NCBI GenBank assembly: GCA_951406725.2
Contig: OX597835.1
Coordinates: 45,136,001-45,200,000 of the forward strand
Direction of reading: 5' to 3'
Origin: Octopus vulgaris
Lineage: Eukaryota
Length of the DNA: 64,000 bases
Positions 24,276 through 38,866 of this stretch are shown piece by piece. The position numbers and the translations under genes were made by a program. Under the pieces are notes generated by a model. That model had not been told where the DNA came from, searched no databases, and was given only the letters and a program-made list of their open reading frames with translations. How positions within the stretch are numbered: the first letter of the stretch is position 1; each line of letters opens with the position of its first letter.

Positions 24276-25709
24276 CAAGGTTCTGACTATCAAAATATAG
24301 AGTTGAATTTCGTGGAGCCACCTGTTGGCAACTTTTTTCCCTCACCCATTTTGTAGATGGGGCATTACCCGTTTTACTTGACTCTATTCATAGCTATACC
24401 CCGTTCGAAATTTGCATTAGTTTTTGAAGGGAGCGGCGTTTTGTTTTTTAGTTTGTAGAGAAAACGTTAAACGTACCTAGAAAAAACACGGTCCTCCCCC
24501 ATCCCCACCCTAACTAAAAGACATGAAGAACTATAAAAGAAGGCGAATAAGTACTGGGGTGGGGGAAAGAAGAGAGAACTAACAGTAGATCGTTCTAGAA
24601 CTCCTAGAATAAAAACGTAAACACGTGAAAGACTTGCCCTCTATTCGTTACTAAATGTCTTTGCCTCTTCTCTATTGTTAAAAGTCAAGAAGCTAGAAAA
24701 GTTCGATCTATTTCAGTCTAATTGCAACTTGCGCGTGAATTTTACTTGCACACTGTTCGTTGATCAGATAAACAGGAACCACGTGGTCGTAACCAACAGA
24801 GTGCCATTTTTTTAAAAAGAGGGGAAAGAAAAGGAAATGTTCCATATCGCAAGGGAAACATGTTATGTGTTTAGTATAAGCAGTGCAAGCTGAGACGAAA
24901 TGATTGCTTTTCCATCGCGCATTCGCCCTCGACTCAGTTTGATAACAATAGTCTGCACATCGGCGTTTATACGAGAGGCTTGGCCTCCAGATCTGTAAGA
25001 CTGTTAATCAAAGGGGACAGATCTGTTAGGACCGGATTAACATGCATAGTGACCCTTACTACCAAAAAGATGTTCCTGCCCCTATATAAGATTTTTTTCG
25101 TTTTCTTTCAACCACTTGAAGGTTTATTTTGCTCCTATCAATTCACCTGGCCAAAATGAGTTGTAGCTGTAACTCAATGGGGACAGATGAATCTCCCTGA
25201 GAACTACGTTGATAATATGCATGTCTGTGGAGTACTCAGCTACTTGCGAGTTAATTTTATCCTCGTGTGGTAATGAAAAGTGAAAGTGACGTCCCGTATT
25301 TGTGTGTATGTATGTATTAGCTTTTCTTTGGATCTATGCATCTACTGTCTCTCTCATTTCCCCGCTTTCTCTTTCATTTCCTGTGTCTCTCCCTTCTCTC
25401 GCTTTTAATTTAACAATGTGTATATGTATCCAGGTATCTACTTTTCTTGCAATGTGATAAACATTTAGAAACATAAAACGAACGCTGTCACCACCTTCTT
25501 TCTCTCTCTCACTCTCTCTTCCTTTCTCTCTCACTCTCTCTTCCTTTCTCTCTCACTCTCTCTTCCTTTCTCTCTCACTCTCTCTTCCTTTCTCTCTCAC
25601 TTCTTCTCTGTCCCTCTGTATCTCTTGCTTTGCACTCACTTCTTTGAAGTAAGTGTGACACACACACCAGGTAGTACAAAAGGAACAAATTGGCATATTA
25701 ATACGATTG

Positions 25710-26225
<516 letters not shown>

Positions 26226-26509
26226 TTAATAATAATAATAATAATGACTACAAAGCCAAGGCTTTGAGCTGTCAGGGTCGTTAGCACATTGGATCCAATG
26301 GTTAGCAGCATTTGTTTCGGCACCATTTCAAATGGTGCCGGGGAAAACTTTGCCTCCAACTTGTGAGGGGTTCTATGAAATAAAGTATGAGCGAAGCACT
26401 GGGATCAATGTAATCTATATACACTCTGCTCTCACATATATACACATGTATGTATGTATGTATGTATGTATGTATGTATGTATGTATGTATGTATGTATG
26501 TATGCATGC

Positions 26510-26565
<56 letters not shown>

Positions 26566-27247
26566 ATAAACATGTGACAGGGGTCGAGAACATAAATACA
26601 CTTTCAGACAAGACGACTATAACCGTTGCCATACCAACGAACGGGTAATGAACTGATAGTTTTGTTTAAACTGTTTTCATGAAAACGATTCAGATGGCAC
26701 GTAGGATTAGTTTTTAAAATAAATATATATCTAATAAACAGTTCGCACAAACAAAGAGTACGGGAAGCCTAATCGAAGAATATATTTTGAATGAAGAATA
26801 CAAGGAAAGAATCTAAGTCCTTTGTAATGAGTGTAATTGATGTACTGAATTTTAATTACTTTAAAAAATTGCACTTTGTGTTAATTTTATGTCAAGACTA
26901 AGAATTCTCGCATTGTGGCTGTAGGAATACAAAGAGCTTCCATAAAAACAATTATGTCCCACACATATGTATAAAGTAAATAAACGAATAAATAATTATA
27001 TATGTGTGTCTGTTTCTGTGTGTTAAACTGGGATACAAGAATATTGTTGACAGCGACTTCGAAGTATCGGCCAGTGAAGAATCCGACCATGGCTTAACTG
27101 GCCGAAACTTGGCAGACACTATCAACACTATTTCATGTTTAAGAATACACTCTTATTCTACAAAAATATAAAGAAACTCATGAGATTAATGTAAAATTGT
27201 TTTTTACCGTAACTAAACATAAAAATAAACATTAACGCTAATGTACG

Positions 27248-27338
<91 letters not shown>

Positions 27339-27370
27339 GTATATGTATATAAATATATATATATATATAC

Positions 27371-27402
<32 letters not shown>

Positions 27403-27833
27403 GTATACATATATATACATACACATAGGTATGTGTTAAGACTATGTGGTGGTGTTCCTGTGCATATCTCTACTTTTGCACGGCTGATGACAATACATTT
27501 AATAAGCAAGTCGTAGTTAGATTACTTATCATACTGGAAACAGTTTAGCAAAAGATAAAATTTATATTTACGTTTCGTTAGCTTTTTGATCATTATTGCT
27601 AATATGAAGAGATAAAAAAGTGAATAAAACAGTTTATTGCACGATCACAACCACATATGCACACACAAGCAAACTCACACACACACAACTAAACACTCAT
27701 ATATATATACATATGAACGTTTGGTGAGTGTGTATCGGTAAACGTATATATATATATGTATGCGTGTGTTTGTGTTTGTGAATAAGTATATGTATTTGTA
27801 TATGTATATAAAGATATATATATATGTATATTT

Positions 27834-27879
<46 letters not shown>

Positions 27880-28141
27880 ACACTTACACACACACACATG
27901 TTTATCCGTTTTCATTATTTTTTCTCCCACCGTTTCTCCGACTCCGTTCAGTGCTGCTCCCCAAACGCTATCAACAAACCCACTCATGTATCCTTATCAC
28001 AAACCTGTCATATGTTGTGTAGGAAATATCTTTGTTATTTTTATGAGGAAACTGTAATTGTTTCATTTCGTATCAGAATAACACCCAACCTCCAAAACAT
28101 AAACACAACACACAATCATTATTATCAATGTTATTATAGCA

Positions 28142-28172
<31 letters not shown>

Positions 28173-28235
28173 CGTATACATGTGTATGTATATATTTATA
28201 TATATATATATGAATATATGTATATATATATATGT

Positions 28236-28276
<41 letters not shown>

Positions 28277-28859
28277 TATACACACACACACACATATATA
28301 TATAAAGCGATATAAATTAAGGAAAAACACAAAGGCAATAGTAAATTTGCAATATATTTTGATAAACCAACAACAAATAATATATGTAAGAATTAAATTA
28401 CCATTTCATTTATCAGTTTATGCTAACATCACTAATAGAAATCGAATCATCAGATAAATAGTATATCACGAATGCTATATGATATTGTATATCATACACA
28501 TACATGAACTCATATAGTAACACGGTGTTTCGTGCCCCTCTCTTCACGGTTTCCCAGTATCCTCTCTGTTGTTTGTGTTAAAAGTCTAGACGACAATAAA
28601 AGATTCAGACGACATTACGTGCTCGTCATCAGATCGGCGGTAGCTTAGAGAAATCTACCTTTGTCTCAGATGGTGCCATTTTTGATAAATACTTCAATAA
28701 ATTTGTTTGTTTTTTGCATTTATTTTAGTCATTTACTGTTATTTGACTTTTGTTTCTGTATTTGTGTTGCAAATTGTTGGGAAGGTCAATACGCTAATAA
28801 AAAAAAGTACAACAACAACAACTACAGCAACAAGAACAACTACAACAACAACACTTGGG

Positions 28860-29390
28860 CCGACATATAGGGGGCGATACAGTAGACATGGACAGTGGGG
28901 ATTTTTCGCGGAAACAACGAGTATAATTAAAACAATAATAATGATGTCCATCAAATGGTAAAAGGTATATAACGATGAAAGTTTAGCCATGGCAAATGGT
29001 GGGGGTTAACCACCTGGAGTTGGCTCAGGTACCACACCAATCCAGAACCACTCAACGCTTCGAGGGTATTCGGGAAGGGCAGTCCTTTCCCTCTCAAATT
29101 CACTTGCCTACAGGCCCATTATTAGAGTAGGTCCACTCACACGGACCCTTTTCGCTACATTCACCCACCTTTTAGCAAATGTGCTGGGGGGCATCTCTTC
29201 TCCCTCCACACTTAAGTTCCTTTCCAAATGAAATTTGAAAAAGTTTTGTGAGGGATTGACCAAAGAGAAAAGTGCCTATCTTCAGTCCTTTCAAACTGAT
29301 CCACCATACAACCTCTTTCGCTACTGCTGTCAGACAGGGGAAAATTGCCTGCCCATCCGGACCGATCCACCGGCGGTGGATCGATCTCTT
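28860..29390 (-). mobile_element. 5'-truncated, decayed Tx1-type LINE 3' end (a further relative)
   Basis: IDPP...GQAIFPCLTAVAKEVVWWISLKGLKIGTFLFGQSL aligns with B IDPP...GKFRFLVVVAIAKEVIWKTRMKGLQSGKFISGPGL. Confidence 0.75.
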
Positions 29391-29444
29391 CACTTCGTTT
29401 TTGTATCGCTGTTCTTCCGGTAAAAATTTCATCTTTTCTTTCTT

Positions 29445-29855
29445 TTTTATTCTTTTACTTGTTTCAGTCATTTGACTGCGGCCATGCTGGAGCACCGCTT
29501 TTAGTCGAGCAAATCAACCCCGGGACTTATTCTTTGTAAGCCCAGTACTTATTCTATCGGTGTCTTTTGCCGAACCGCAAAGTGACGGGGACGTAAACAC
29601 ACCAGCATCGGTTGTCAAGCAATGCTAGGGGGACAAACACATACACACAAACACACACACACACATACATATAGATACATATACATATATACGACAGGCT
29701 TCTTTCAGTTTCCGTCTACCAAATCCACTCACAAGGCATTGGTCGGCCCGGGGCTATAGCAGAAGACACTTGCCCAAGATGTCACGCAGTGGGACTGAAC
29801 CCGGAACCATGTGGTTGGTTAGCAAGCTACTTACCACACAGCCACTCCTGCACCT
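29445..29855 (-). mobile_element. tRNA-derived SINE with CORE-like domain and internal microsatellite (abundant family)
   Basis: Head AGG(T/C)GCAGGAGTGGCTGTGTGGTAAG, GGTTCAGTCCC, CTTGGGCAAGTGTCTT, tail CAGTCAAATGACTGAAACAAGTAAAAG; matches the 36392 and 45975 copies. Confidence 0.9.
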
Positions 29856-30337
29856 ATCGTTTATGAAATTTGAATAAATTTTAGCTTGTCTCAATTAAAT
29901 AACTACGGAGTGGAAAGGGGGAAATAGGAACGGTTTGAGTTATTTGATCACCCAACAAACTTATGGATCTTTAGTTTACCCGTCTAGATGGAAAACTCTC
30001 CTCATCAGACAGAGGAAATATTGTCACAGAGATGCTAGAAATCACATGCCGTGCCTACTAGAGAAGAATGTAGTTCCGTTGGGTGAGTAAATGAATGCAC
30101 ACTGCCAATAAGTCGGAAGTCGATACAAACTTACATGGATACATATCATGGATACATATATACATACATACAAGTACACGCACACTTGTATATACATCAA
30201 CATACGGATGAATATATGTGCGTGTATGTGCATATATATATATGTGTGCATGTATATATATATATATATATATACAAATATATACATGCATGTATATACA
30301 TTTATATATATATATACATACACAAACACACACACAC

Positions 30338-30368
<31 letters not shown>

Positions 30369-30395
30369 CATATATATATACATGTATATATATAT

Positions 30396-30470
<75 letters not shown>

Positions 30471-30475
<5 letters not shown>

Positions 30476-30638
30476 ATCCAAACAAGAAAGCACAAAAAAA
30501 CAACAACGCGAGCACGTGGAACAAATATAGTATTATTGGACGCTCAGGAAAGAAGGAAAGAAGGAGGGTTTAACGTTTCGAGCGGAGCTCTTCGTCGGAA
30601 ACGTAGGAGAAGGAAAGATCCAGAGAAGGGAAGACAGA
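30471..30638 (-). mobile_element. Penelope-like terminal repeat with minimal hammerhead-like core
   Basis: GTTT-CCGACGA-AGAGCTCCGCTC-GAAA-CGTT-AAAC; further copies at 37141-37310 and 57870-58052. Confidence 0.6.
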
Positions 30639-30999
30639 TGTATACATATATCTATATATATATGTGTGCATGTGTGTATGTATATATATATGTTCAGTGA
30701 AAACCCTTGACTCACAATTGATCGTATTTCAAGTAATTTAAAGAAAATTTCCCTCTACCTCAAACCCTGTGAATATTTTAAACTTCCCACGTTCGTTGCA
30801 GAATAAAAGAAAAACAAAACATTCTAAGCACTTCCTCGATTCTGTGTTTTATATTCTATGCTTTGGTTGTTTCGCTCATAAGAATCCGACCATGCTGGGG
30901 CACCGCCTTGGAGAATTCTTTTTAGTAGAATGAATCTAAACCAGACTTAATTTATTTATCATCTTTCATTTTACTGTAAGGACTATGTAACATCACATG

Positions 31000-31425
31000 C
31001 GCAGGCGTTGCTGCGCAGTACGAAGTTTGCTTCCCAGTCACATGGTCCCGGGTTCAGTCTCACTGCGTGTCACCTTGGCCATGAGTCTATAGCCTCGGGC
31101 AAACTTCTTAGGTGGAAGCGAAAAATATGCGTCATGTGTGTACTTATCTCTCTCTCAATATATGTGATGCGTGCGTGTGCGCGTGTGTGTGTTTGTGTGT
31201 TTCTGCGTGTGTTTGTGTCTGTGATGGTGTCCCACCGCTGCTTGACAACTGGTTTTGGTGATTCTATGTTCCCATAGCCTAGCAGTTGGGCAAAAGGAAC
31301 TGATTGAATAAGTATCTCTCTTAAAGAGCAATTAAGCACAAGGTCGAATAGTTCGACTAAAATTCCTCAAGGTGGTGCCACTGTATGGCCTCTGTCTAAC
31401 GACTGAGAGACCTAGACAATAGAAG
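31000..31425 (+). mobile_element. Diverged copy of the abundant SINE
   Basis: CCGGGTTCAGTCTCACTGCGTGTCACCTTGG...CGCTGCTTGACAACTGG similarity. Confidence 0.7.
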
Positions 31426-31569
31426 ATAACATTTTTACGGGTTAAATGGTGCTGAAGACCCTAAAATCCAACCGAAAGATGAAGTGGTGCGGTAGATTGT
31501 TATGCAAAGTTGCGATTGAAGTAGAATGGCGCAGGGACCAAATGTAATGAAATATTTATATATATATAT

Positions 31570-31790
31570 GCGATCAGTCGAAGTCGACTCTCGGTCACTC
31601 GTTGGATCAGTGTCATCCAGTCAGTTCTATCCTGGGCCCCTTCTTTCAGATTGGTTATGCCCATTCCGGTATCACTCTTGATGGTGTCAAGCCAGCGGGT
31701 TCTTGGTCGGCCTCTTCCTCTCTTGCTACTGACCATACCAATCATGATGTCCTTCTTCAGGGATTTTCTCTGCATAATATGATCGAGAAT
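31570..31790 (-). mobile_element. RTE-clade LINE 3' fragment
   Basis: SLKKDIMIGMVSSKRGRGRPRTRWLDTIKSDTG...AQDRTDWMTLIQRVTESRLRL. Confidence 0.85.
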
Positions 31791-32530
31791 ATATATATAT
31801 GAGAATATATATATGGGCTACGAAAACCAAGTCTCCATCGTGTGGCACTGCATTATTATTTTAATGAAATGAAATAATAGGTACGAAACTACATTACAAT
31901 TATTTGTGATATTAACGGCACTCCAAACATGCCTATCCCAAAAACGTTGCACAGAAAGTGAGAAGAGACGGGACAAGACATAACATCTTTTGTTATACGT
32001 TCTGATTCTCTACACTATCAGCTTCATTCCTTTCTCTGGCAAATCTACCATTCCGGAGTCGATAAATTAAGTGACATGACTCTACTGAAGATCTCCTCCT
32101 CCACTTCCTCCACCTCCTCCTCCACATCCACCTCCTCCTCCTCCTCCTTGTAGTTGTTATTGTCGTTTTTCTTCTTTCTCAACTTCCTTCTCTTCCTCCT
32201 TTATGGTTTCCTTCCGATTCTTCATTTCCGTTACATACTTTTCCTGCTCTGTCTCCTCCTCCTCCTCCTTCTTTCATTTCGTTCTCGTCGCTGTCGTTCT
32301 TCAGGGTCCCCGGATTCTTCTTCCTTCCCCCTTCCCCTTTCTTCTTCTCTCCCCTTATTTTTTCGAGTTCGCTGCGATAAATCATCTCTTGCTAATGGTA
32401 TATCAGAGAGAGAATCAATGTTGCGACCCCTCACACACGCCTGTATTATGACGGCTTCTCTCAAATTTCGGTCAGAGATGAAGAACGAAACAAAGGCCTA
32501 CACATAATTAACCATATCTATATACATTGT

Positions 32531-33066
32531 GGAGGCACATAGCCTAGTGGTTAGAGCATCAGAATTGCGGTCGAAAAAGGCGGCGAGCTGGCAGAAACGT
32601 TAGCGCACCGGGCGAAATGCTCAGCGGTATTTCGTCTGTCGCTACGTTCTGAGTTCAAATTCCGTCGAGGTCGACTTTGCCTTACATCCTTTCGAGGTCG
32701 ATTAAATAAATACCAGTTACGCGCTGGGATCGATTTAATCTGTTTGTCCCCTCTGTGTGTAGCCCCTTGTGGGTAGTAAAGAAATAAGAATTGCGGTCGA
32801 GGGATCGTTGGTTCGAATCTCAGAGCGGGCGATGTGTGTGTGTTTATGAGCAAAACACCTAAGCTCCATGCGGTTCCGGCAGAAGGTGATGGCGAGCTTC
32901 GGCTGACTCTTTCGCCACAATTTTCTCTCACTCTTTCCTCCTGCATCTTGCAGCTCACCTGCGAAGGACCGGCGTCCTGTCCAGGTGGGGAACCTATACA
33001 CCGATAAAATCGGGAAAACGGCCCTTTTGAACCAGACATGGCCCGATAAGGAACAAACAACAACAA
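32531..33066 (+). mobile_element. tRNA-derived SINE (GGAGGCGCAATGG-head family) interrupted by another SINE
   Basis: A box TAGCCTAGTGG and B box GTTCGAATC are separated by the 32575-32786 insert; ends in an (AAC)n tail. Confidence 0.85.
32575..32786 (+). mobile_element. Full-length Meta-domain-like SINE carrying the Tx1 3' tail
   Basis: 14-bp TSD AGAATTGCGGTCGA (32561-32574 and 32787-32800), B box GAGTTCAAATTCC, central CATCCTTTCGAGGTCGAT, tail TTGTCCCCTCTGTGTGTAGCCCCTTGTGGGTAGTAAAGAAATA. Confidence 0.9.
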
Positions 33067-33654
33067 ACATCTAAACTACATTAAGAAGACTATATGGTAT
33101 CATTGGAAAGAAAAATCACTATAGCGTTTCCCTCCATTTAACAAACCACCCGGGAGAGGAGTCTTTTACGGCCGACGATTAGACAATTATATTTGTCACA
33201 TATCCCGCAGAATTGATTTTACATTTAATGCAATTCTGCATGCAGCTGAGTGTGAATATGGCAGTTACTGCTGTTTAGCCCCAGGTCAGACATAATTGAT
33301 CGGTCTAATGATCAAAAGAGTTTCTGTAGCGACCACCCCGTATTTCATTTAGAAATATAATATTCAATTGATGTAGCGATTTATACGGGTTTCATGTTGA
33401 TTGATGAGAGACTAGGTTAAGATGTATGCTGAATGTAACTCGGATTAAATGCACTGATTTGATATTCGATCAACACACCACAAGAGAGGTTATCACAGAG
33501 TGTGTGTATCTATGTGTAGAACTATATATGTATATACATATATACTTATGTAATCATATATACATGCACGTATCAGTTAATTATATAGGATAAACATGCA
33601 TTTATATTCATATATGTGTGTGAGTGTGTGTATACGTATGTTTGTAGTCATGTA

Positions 33655-33694
<40 letters not shown>

Positions 33695-33742
33695 TTTAGA
33701 TATATATATATATGCATACACACATGTATACATATGTATATA

Positions 33743-33924
<182 letters not shown>

Positions 33925-34443
33925 AATATGCATATGTATCTAGCATGTGTCACATCTAAGTAATTCTAATGAACAAACTCTCCCTCTTTCCTCTTCCGAG
34001 CCCCGCATCATTACTGAAACTAAAACTTGTATAAACCAATATTCACTCTACACGTGCAGGAAATCCCCCTCCTAATGTGCTTCCAGGCTTCTGGATGACA
34101 TTATAAAACTAAGGGTTGCTATCGATTCAATACGTGTCATGTATATGCTTAGGTTTTATAATTCCGATATTTATTTCTACTCTAATTGAAAGTGCTTCGT
34201 TTGTGCAAGTATTGCCTTTTATTTATGTACACCATAAAAGTCAACGAACCTAAGAGTATAAACCACCCACGTGGTCTCGCTCCTGTTTCCTAGAAATAGC
34301 AACTAAATCGGTTTCAAGTCATGATCAGAAGATCCTGCCTTGTTAAAAACTCGAGATGATTTTATTTTGAATACATGAATCACACATAAACACGTTCGCG
34401 CGTGCGACTGTGTATATATGTGTGTACATGTAGAGATACATAG

Positions 34444-34488
<45 letters not shown>

Positions 34489-34650
34489 GTTATATATACA
34501 TATATTTATGCATGTATCTTTAACTTAGTTCAGTTATTAGACTGCAGCCAAAGTGGGATCCCGTGTCGGAGAAATTTTTTAAATCCTGGTGTAATTTTTT
34601 AAAGCCTTGTACTTATAATGTCGGTCATTTTTGCCAAGTTACTGCTTTAA

Positions 34651-34868
34651 CCCTTTAGTGTTCAGATTACTCTGTTAAATGTAATGCTTTTTTATTTAAA
34701 TTGTTTTGAATTAATCATGCATTACCTTATAGCTTTGAGGTTTCAATGATGTGATTGTTTTTTTAGACTGTCAATGTAGATTTGGTGTGAGAGGCTAGAT
34801 ATGGCCAGTTTGAATATAAAATATGTAAATATATTGGGCCGGATTTGACCAGTTTAAACACTAAAGGG
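34651..34868. mobile_element. piggyBac-type MITE inserted in an old SINE
   Basis: TTAA|CCCTTTAGTGTT ... AACACTAAAGGG|TTAA. Confidence 0.85.
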
Positions 34869-35541
34869 TTAAACATACCAGCGACGGTTGTAGGGACAAA
34901 CATAGACACAGAGATACACATACACACACACGCACTCACACACACACAGACACACACTCACACACTGACGCACACAAATATATTTTTATAAGACGAGCCC
35001 TCTTTCAGTTTCCGTCTAATAAATCCACTCAAAAGGCTTTAGAGGCATCGAGACTATATAAGAAAAATACGTGCCGCGCACTGGGATTAAACACGGACCC
35101 ATGTGGATCTCACAAAGCTTAGGTCGTCCCGAGGTCATAGTAGAAGACACTTGCCCAAGATGCCATGCAGTGGCTCTGAACTTGGAACCAATTGGATGCG
35201 AGGTAATTTCCTTATCACACAACCGTGTAGAAGCGCATGACATAGCTTGTACCATTTTGGAATTATGATCATAAGTTGGTGATTTTGATTTCTGGACCAG
35301 GATATGCTTTGAGCAAAACATATCATTTCAACTTGCTCCAGTCTGGTGAGCAAGCAAACACGAGAAACTCTGCGATGGACTGGCATCCCATCCTATGAGT
35401 CTAAATGACGCTGGAAGAATTGAGAGTTTGAGTAGTGATGAGCCTACGATACTAATCTAATTCCGTGAACCTAGAGATGTTGACGGGGCGGTTATTGCCC
35501 CTGTCAGTATATATATGCGTATATATATAAATATATGCATG

Positions 35542-35581
<40 letters not shown>

Positions 35582-35593
35582 TAGGTATGTATG

Positions 35594-35645
<52 letters not shown>

Positions 35646-35734
35646 CATATATATACATACATATATATACATATATATATATACATGTATATATGTATAT
35701 ATATATATATATATATTTATAAATAAATATATAC

Positions 35735-35968
35735 CAGAGTAAGAACATAAGTGCGAAAGAAGGTGGAAAAGATAGAACTCAAATGCCAGAGGTTGAGTAT
35801 TATGCTTTATTAAAAAGCCGCAAAAATATCACAAAATCTATTTATTCAGAGTTTCACGTTCCCGTCCGTCGGACCGTTTTGTTTATATCCTAAACAAAGC
35901 TGTCCGACTATCGGGAACGTGAAAGTCAGCGTAACAGTTTTTGTTATATATTTGCTGCTTTGTAATAC
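35735..35968. mobile_element. Diverged Penelope-type inverted terminal repeat
   Basis: Same family as 63577-63815; fold-back centred near 35888. Confidence 0.65.
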
Positions 35969-35969
35969 A

Positions 35970-36000
<31 letters not shown>

Positions 36001-36391
36001 TATAATTAGAGGATATGTTGACGTCCTCAAGGGATGGTTGCATCCAAGGAAATACTGGTTCGATACCTAGTATTGTTGGGGAAAGAAATGCCCTTAAATA
36101 ATGGGTATATATTAAGGATATAGTTTAAACACATACACACACATACACATCCGTGGTAATGCGGGGGCACACGGACGCCCACTTTGGGTCCATAAAAGTG
36201 AGATATAAAAAGATTACAAAGTTAAGGAAATATATAAAGATAGATTAATATGTTTTAACGCACTGAAGAAATTCAAGCTGGAGGAAGGATTTGGAAAGAT
36301 TAACTAGAGAAATATCGACGAAGGCATTATTATTTGTTCCTTAAGAAGGGATGACATAATTTATGTCAGTATATATATATATATATATATA

Positions 36392-36799
36392 CTCTTTTAC
36401 TTGTTTCAGTCATTTGACTGCGGCCATGCTGGAGAACCACCTCTTAGTCGAGCAAATCGACCCCAGGACTTATTCTTTGTAAGCCTAGTGCTTAATCTAT
36501 CGAATACTTTTGCCGAACCGCTAAGTTACGGGGACGTAAGCACACCAGCATCGGTTGTCAAGCGACGTTGGGGGGGACAAACACAGACACACAAACATAT
36601 ACACATACACACATATATATATATATATACATATATACGACGGGCTTCTTTCAGTTTCCGTCTACCAGATCCACTCACAAGGCTTTGGTTGTCCCGAGGC
36701 TATAGTAGAAGACACTTGCCCAAGGTGCCACGCAGTGGGACTGAACCCGGAACCATGTGGTTGGTAAGCAAGCTACTTACCACACAGCCACTCCTGCGC

Positions 36800-36801
<2 letters not shown>
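36392..36801 (-). mobile_element. Abundant tRNA/CORE-like SINE, full length
   Basis: Matches 29445-29855 and 45975-46410. Confidence 0.92.
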
Positions 36802-36839
<38 letters not shown>

Positions 36840-36840
36840 G

Positions 36841-37140
36841 ACTGGGAGAGACTGACTGAGAGAGCAATGTCGTCACAGATGGAGGAAGCTGGTTAAGGAA
36901 GGGGTCGACATTTTTGAGAGAGCACGTATTCTGCCTGAAGAACTTAAGTGTGCTGCTCGAAAGCAGTGAAAGTTGAAAGCTTGGTTTGAACTGTTTGCTG
37001 TCGTATGTGCTTGTCAAGAGCAGGGCTCATTAGCTATCAGCGCAGCCGCAAATGCAAAATATAAGTTAGTCCTTGAGCGCATAATGTTCCTGAAGGTCAG
37101 CAGGGAGATCCTCGATGTGACGGCGTATGTACCGTTGGCG
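36841..37140 (+). mobile_element. RTE-clade LINE 3' fragment
   Basis: RHRWRKLVKEGVDIFERAR...ELKCAARK followed by VCCRMCLSRAGLISYQRS, a C-terminal zinc-finger-like motif. Confidence 0.65.
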
Positions 37141-37310
37141 ATTTTTTTCCTCTTTCTTCCCTTCTCTGGATCTTTCCTTCTCCTATGTTTCTGACGATGA
37201 GCCTCGCTCGAAAAGTTGAACCCTCCATCTTTCCTTTTTTCCTGAGCGTCCAATAATACTATATTTGTTCCACGTCCTCGCGTTGTTCTGTTTCTTTCGT
37301 GCTTTCTTGC
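37141..37310 (+). mobile_element. Penelope-like terminal repeat with hammerhead-like core
   Basis: GTTT-CTGACGA-TGAGCCTCGCTC-GAAA-AGTT-GAAC at 37187-37221. Confidence 0.6.
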
Positions 37311-37856
37311 ACGTGTGTGCGCGTCCGCGTGCGTCCGCTGAATGAATACCTATAACTCTATATCATTGCACGTGGATCTCGTTCTCGATAGTGTTGTAAA
37401 TGTTTAGTTTAACTTCTATTCGAATTATAAATACTGACAAATACTTCGTAAATGGAATCTGTATGGAAGTCCATGAGCTAGATTCATCTATGCAGCTAGC
37501 ATGAACATTTCTAATTCGAACACACATAATATCTATGCGCTAGTACGAACTGTTATCTAGTTGGGACAATATCCAGTCTACCTGCACTCGTAAGGAATAT
37601 GAAAGTACGCAAGGAAAAGCCCTGCAGAAAACGAGTTCCGAAGTGACACCCGAGCTTATGAATGCTGCATCGTAAGAAAGTAATATAAACAATTTGTTGG
37701 CTTTGAAAGAAATAGCACATCCCATGGACCCTGGAACTAAAATATAAGAAGAATATAACATGTCAGCGGTATTCATACTCTCCGTATATCCATATATACA
37801 TACGTACACACATAGATAAGTATAAATAAATATACATATGTGTGTATATATATATG

Positions 37857-37920
<64 letters not shown>

Positions 37921-37964
37921 TGTATGTATGTGTATGTGTGTACGTGTGTGTTTTGTGCCTCTAG

Positions 37965-38034
<70 letters not shown>

Positions 38035-38613
38035 TAAATGTGAGATCTGTCTGTACTTACGAATTTAATAGTATGTTTTATTGCCAAAGACAAGTGCATG
38101 AATTTATCTACGGTAAATAATTTGAATTCATTGTGTATTTTCCTGTTTGATTCCGGTGAGTGTATGAATATTTAGTTACGTTAATGCATAACATAAAAGA
38201 AAAGAAATACAATTTATCAGCGCTGCATACATTTTGTATCGACGATTTTCATTACTTACACTGGACCCGATTGAGACAACACAATGATTAACTACAGTTG
38301 TCCATACAGTCATGTATATTTATCTAGAACTTCAGAGAACAATCTGATCATTACATTTTACGCAGGATTTAATAGAGAATAGGTTGTTTTTTCTAGTAAA
38401 CCTCCCCTGTAATTTGAGGCTTTATTTGTTGACAGAATTTAATATTTAAGTTTTCCAGCGCAGCAGCTACATCGGTCTGGAAACTTATTCCAAAACGAAT
38501 GCTTATTGCTCCACCACACTTTCCTTGTAATATCACATTTGTTAGTTATAACACACATGTGAGTGAGAACACTTTGAGATATTTTTGGTATCTAACATAT
38601 GTCAGATACTGCG

Positions 38614-38769
38614 AGCGCTGCTTCTGATTGGTCAATCCATGGTGATGACCCGAGATCACGGTTACAGCGCTGCCTCTGATTGGTCAATCCATGGTGATGA
38701 CCCGAGATCACGGTTACAGCGCTGCCTCTGATTGGTCAATCCATGATGACGACCTGAGGTCACGGTGAC
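38614..38769. repeat. Three 52-bp tandem repeats, each with an inverted CCAAT box (CTGATTGG)
   Basis: Units start at 38614, 38666 and 38718. Confidence 0.95.
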
Positions 38770-38866
38770 GGCACTACTTTTGTCATTCATAAGTTACAAC
38801 TAAAGGTGAAGAATTTAGTTATTGGGTTAATAAAATATGGTTGTTTATTCGTGTGTATTAAATAAG

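Noticed and set aside
38614-38769. CRISPR array
   Set aside because: Contiguous tandem units with no unique spacers and no cas genes.
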